Source of the DNA: Rhodococcus sp. B50
GTDB taxonomy: Bacteria > Actinomycetota > Actinomycetes > Mycobacteriales > Mycobacteriaceae
Length of the DNA: 32,000 nt
NCBI RefSeq assembly: GCF_013602415.1
Contig: NZ_WPAG02000002.1
Span: 1,893,480 to 1,925,479, forward strand
Direction: 5' to 3'
Positions 29,907-32,000 of this stretch are shown here, piece by piece. Both the position numbers and the translations under genes were made by a program. Position 1 is the stretch's first letter. Each line of letters starts with the position of its first letter. A model generated the notes under the pieces. It made no database searches and had not been told where the DNA came from. It was given only the letters and a program-made list of their open reading frames with translations.

Positions 29907-31550
29907 ATGACCAATTCCTCCATCACCCCAGACGTCGACGTCGTTGTCGTAGGAGCCGGGTTCGCCGGCTTGTACGCGCTGCACAAGCTCCGCGACAAGA
30001 TGAACATGTCGGTCCGGGTCTTCGAGGCCGGCGACGACGTGGGTGGCACCTGGTACTGGAACCGCTACCCCGGTGCCCGCTGCGACATCGAGTCGATCCA
30101 CTACTCCTACTCGTTCGACGACGACCTCCAGCAGGAATGGCAGTGGAGCGAGAAATTCGCCGGCCAGCCGGAGATCCTCCGCTATCTGAACCATGTCGCG
30201 GACCGCTTCGACCTGCGCAGGGGCATCACCTTCGGCACGCGAGTGATCTCCGTGCACTGGGACGACGAGAACTCGTGGTGGACGGTCCGCACCGACACCG
30301 GCGACACCGTGACGGCCCGGTGGTTCATCTCCGGTGCCGGCAACCTCTCGGTCCCCAAGACGCCCGAGTTCGGAGGGATCGAGAACTTCCGCGGCGAGGT
30401 CCTGCTCACCGGCAACTGGCCGCACGAACCCGTCGATTTCACCGGCAAACGTGTCGCGGTCATCGGCACCGGTGCCAGCGGCATCCAGGCGATCCCGCTG
30501 CTCGCGCAGCAGGCCGACGAACTGGTCGTCTTCCAGCGGACCCCGCAGTACGCCACCCCGCTCGGCAACGGCCCGCTCGAAGCCGAGGTGGCCGACGAGG
30601 CGAAGAAGAACTATCGGCAGCTGCGCGAAGCGGCCCGCAATCACTTCCTCGGCGTGCCGTTCGACCAGGTACAGCCGTCGGCGCTCGCCGTCGATGCCCA
30701 GGAACGGCGCCGCGTCTTCGACGAACGCTGGAATGCCGGCGGGTTCCGGTTGTTCATCGACAGTTTCCAGGACGTGCTGTTCGACAAGAAGGCCAACGAC
30801 ACCATCGCCGAGTACATCCGCGAACGGATCCGCCGGCGGGTACAGGACCCCGCCAAAGCCGACAAGCTCGCGCCGGAGGGCTACGCCTACGCCACCAAGC
30901 GGCCGCCGCTCGAGACGAACTACTACGAGGCCTACAACCGCGACAACGTACATCTCGTCGACGTGAAGAGCACCCCGATCAACGGGGTCACCGAGACCGG
31001 CGTGCGCGTCGGCAACCGCACCTACGAGGTCGACATCATCGTGCTCGCGACCGGCTTCGACGCGATGACCGGCCCGCTCATGGCCATGGACATCCGCGGA
31101 CGCGACGGGCTGCGACTGGCCGACAAGTGGGCGCACGGCCCGCGCACCTATCTCGGCATCATGATCGACGAGTTCCCCAATCTGTTCACGATCACCGGGC
31201 CCCAGTCGCCTTCGGTGCTCTACAACATGCCGCTGGCCATCGAAGACCATGTCGACTTCGCGACCGATGCGATCGCGTATCTGCGTTCCCGCGACCTCGA
31301 GGTGATCGAACCCACCGCCGAGGCCGAGGCCGACTGGCTGCGCACCACCACCGAGATCGCCGAACAGACCCTGCTGCCGGAGACCGACTCCTGGTACATG
31401 GGCGCGAACATCCCCGGTAAACCGCGCGCGTGCATGGTCTATCTGGGCGGTGCCCCGACCTATCGGCAGACCTGTGCGGAGATCGTCGAGGGTGGATACG
31501 TCGGATTCGACCTGACTCCGGCACGAACCACCGTCCCGGCCGCCTCGTAG
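29907..31550 (+). CDS. Type I Baeyer-Villiger monooxygenase (PAMO / steroid monooxygenase-like flavoprotein)
   Basis: ORF 29829..31550(+), ATG 29907 ('MTNSSITPDVDVVVVGAGFAGL') with GAGGAGCCAGGAG upstream. 'GGTWYWNRYPGARCDIES', 'FRGEVLLTGNWPHEPVDFTGKRVAVIGTGASGIQ' and 'ATKRPPLE' (catalytic Arg) closely parallel PAMO as I recall it. Confidence 0.88.
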   Translation: MTNSSITPDVDVVVVGAGFAGLYALHKLRDKMNMSVRVFEAGDDVGGTWYWNRYPGARCDIESIHYSYSFDDDLQQEWQWSEKFAGQPEILRYLNHVADRFDLRRGITFGTRVISVHWDDENSWWTVRTDTGDTVTARWFISGAGNLSVPKTPEFGGIENFRGEVLLTGNWPHEPVDFTGKRVAVIGTGASGIQAIPLLAQQADELVVFQRTPQYATPLGNGPLEAEVADEAKKNYRQLREAARNHFLGVPFDQVQPSALAVDAQERRRVFDERWNAGGFRLFIDSFQDVLFDKKANDTIAEYIRERIRRRVQDPAKADKLAPEGYAYATKRPPLETNYYEAYNRDNVHLVDVKSTPINGVTETGVRVGNRTYEVDIIVLATGFDAMTGPLMAMDIRGRDGLRLADKWAHGPRTYLGIMIDEFPNLFTITGPQSPSVLYNMPLAIEDHVDFATDAIAYLRSRDLEVIEPTAEAEADWLRTTTEIAEQTLLPETDSWYMGANIPGKPRACMVYLGGAPTYRQTCAEIVEGGYVGFDLTPARTTVPAAS

Positions 31551-31588
31551 CGCGCGGCTCTCCCCCATCTCTCGGAAGGAACGAACTC

Positions 31589-32000
31589 ATGGCACTCGAC
31601 AAGCACGCCGCCGGCCTCATTGCAGGACTGGAACAGCAGGGATTCACGTCGTTCTCGCAGATGACGGTCGAGCAGGTCCGCGCGACGATCGCGACCTTCA
31701 CCGATCTGCAGGCTCTCCCGCCGGAGGTCGCCCGCGTCGACGAAACGGACTATCCCAGTGGCGACGTCCGGCTTCCCCTGCGGATCTACACGCCCGATGA
31801 TTCCGGCCCGAATCCCGGTGCGCCGCGACCCGTCGTGCTCTACTTCCACGGCGGCGGGTTCGTCGCCGGCGACCTCAGCGTGGTGGACGAACCGGCCCGT
31901 GCGGTCGCCCGGGCCACCGGCGCCGTCGTCGTGACCGCGGGATATCGCCTCGCTCCGGAACATCGGTTCCCCGCAGCGACCGACGATGCCTGGGCTGCGC
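31589..32000 (+). CDS. Alpha/beta-hydrolase esterase, hormone-sensitive-lipase (HGGG) family; 3'-truncated by the window end
   Basis: Manual translation from ATG 31589 (GGAAGGA upstream): MALDKHAAGLIAGLEQQGFTSFSQMTVEQVRATIATFTDL...PRPVVLYFHGGGFVAGDLSVVDEPARAVARATGAVVVTAGYRLAPEHRFPAATDDAW. The HGGG oxyanion-hole motif and 'YRLAPEHRFPAA' are diagnostic. It is not in the ORF track because there is no stop within the window. Confidence 0.8.
   Translation, partial: MALDKHAAGLIAGLEQQGFTSFSQMTVEQVRATIATFTDLQALPPEVARVDETDYPSGDVRLPLRIYTPDDSGPNPGAPRPVVLYFHGGGFVAGDLSVVDEPARAVARATGAVVVTAGYRLAPEHRFPAATDDAWAA

Noticed and set aside
29730-31568. N-terminal ~613 aa of the 1398-aa ORF 27372..31568(-), which would make a giant LuxR protein
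   Set aside because: That part is antisense to the BVMO gene and has no domain signatures. The LuxR/LAL protein begins at ATG 29729, just before its Walker A region, which leaves a normal divergent promoter region.

Overview
High-GC (about 68-70%) actinobacterial chromosome, probably Mycobacteriales (Rhodococcus/Gordonia/Mycobacterium-like; synteny and protein motifs suggest this, no search was run). Nearly the whole window is coding and most genes have a family-level assignment. Left to right: (1) the 5' end of a large NAD-glutamate dehydrogenase, a thioesterase, ettA, a secreted lipase and a TspO-like membrane protein. (2) A roughly 9 kb minus-strand, tightly coupled aerobic CO-dehydrogenase operon: coxM-coxS-coxL (form I 'AYACSFR' active-site loop), an XdhC/CoxI-like chaperone with a C-terminal YHS/TRASH metal-binding domain, a MoxR ATPase (CoxD-like), a VWA protein (CoxE-like) and a CopD/CtaG-type copper membrane protein. 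(3) dedA, tRNA-Arg(UCU) and gdhA (NADP-GDH). (4) A complete selenocysteine-decoding locus, selC-selA-selB, divergent from selD. selD is followed by a selenocysteine-containing formate dehydrogenase with three subunits: alpha (in-frame UGA plus SECIS hairpin), 4Fe-4S beta, and an NrfD-type membrane subunit. An oxalate/formate-antiporter-family MFS transporter comes next. (5) A large LuxR-type (LAL) regulator divergent from a type I Baeyer-Villiger monooxygenase and an HGGG esterase (truncated at the window end). No mobile elements, CRISPR arrays or recognisable defence systems were seen. The points most worth follow-up are the UGA/SECIS recoding site that splits fdhA in the ORF track, the unusual CODH maturation gene set, and the odd membrane topology of the formate dehydrogenase. 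The CODH maturation set comprises the XdhC-YHS fusion, a 21-bp tandem repeat that may encode His-containing heptads, and translational coupling to a CopD/CtaG copper protein. The many long ORFs antisense to or overlapping these genes are high-GC artefacts.
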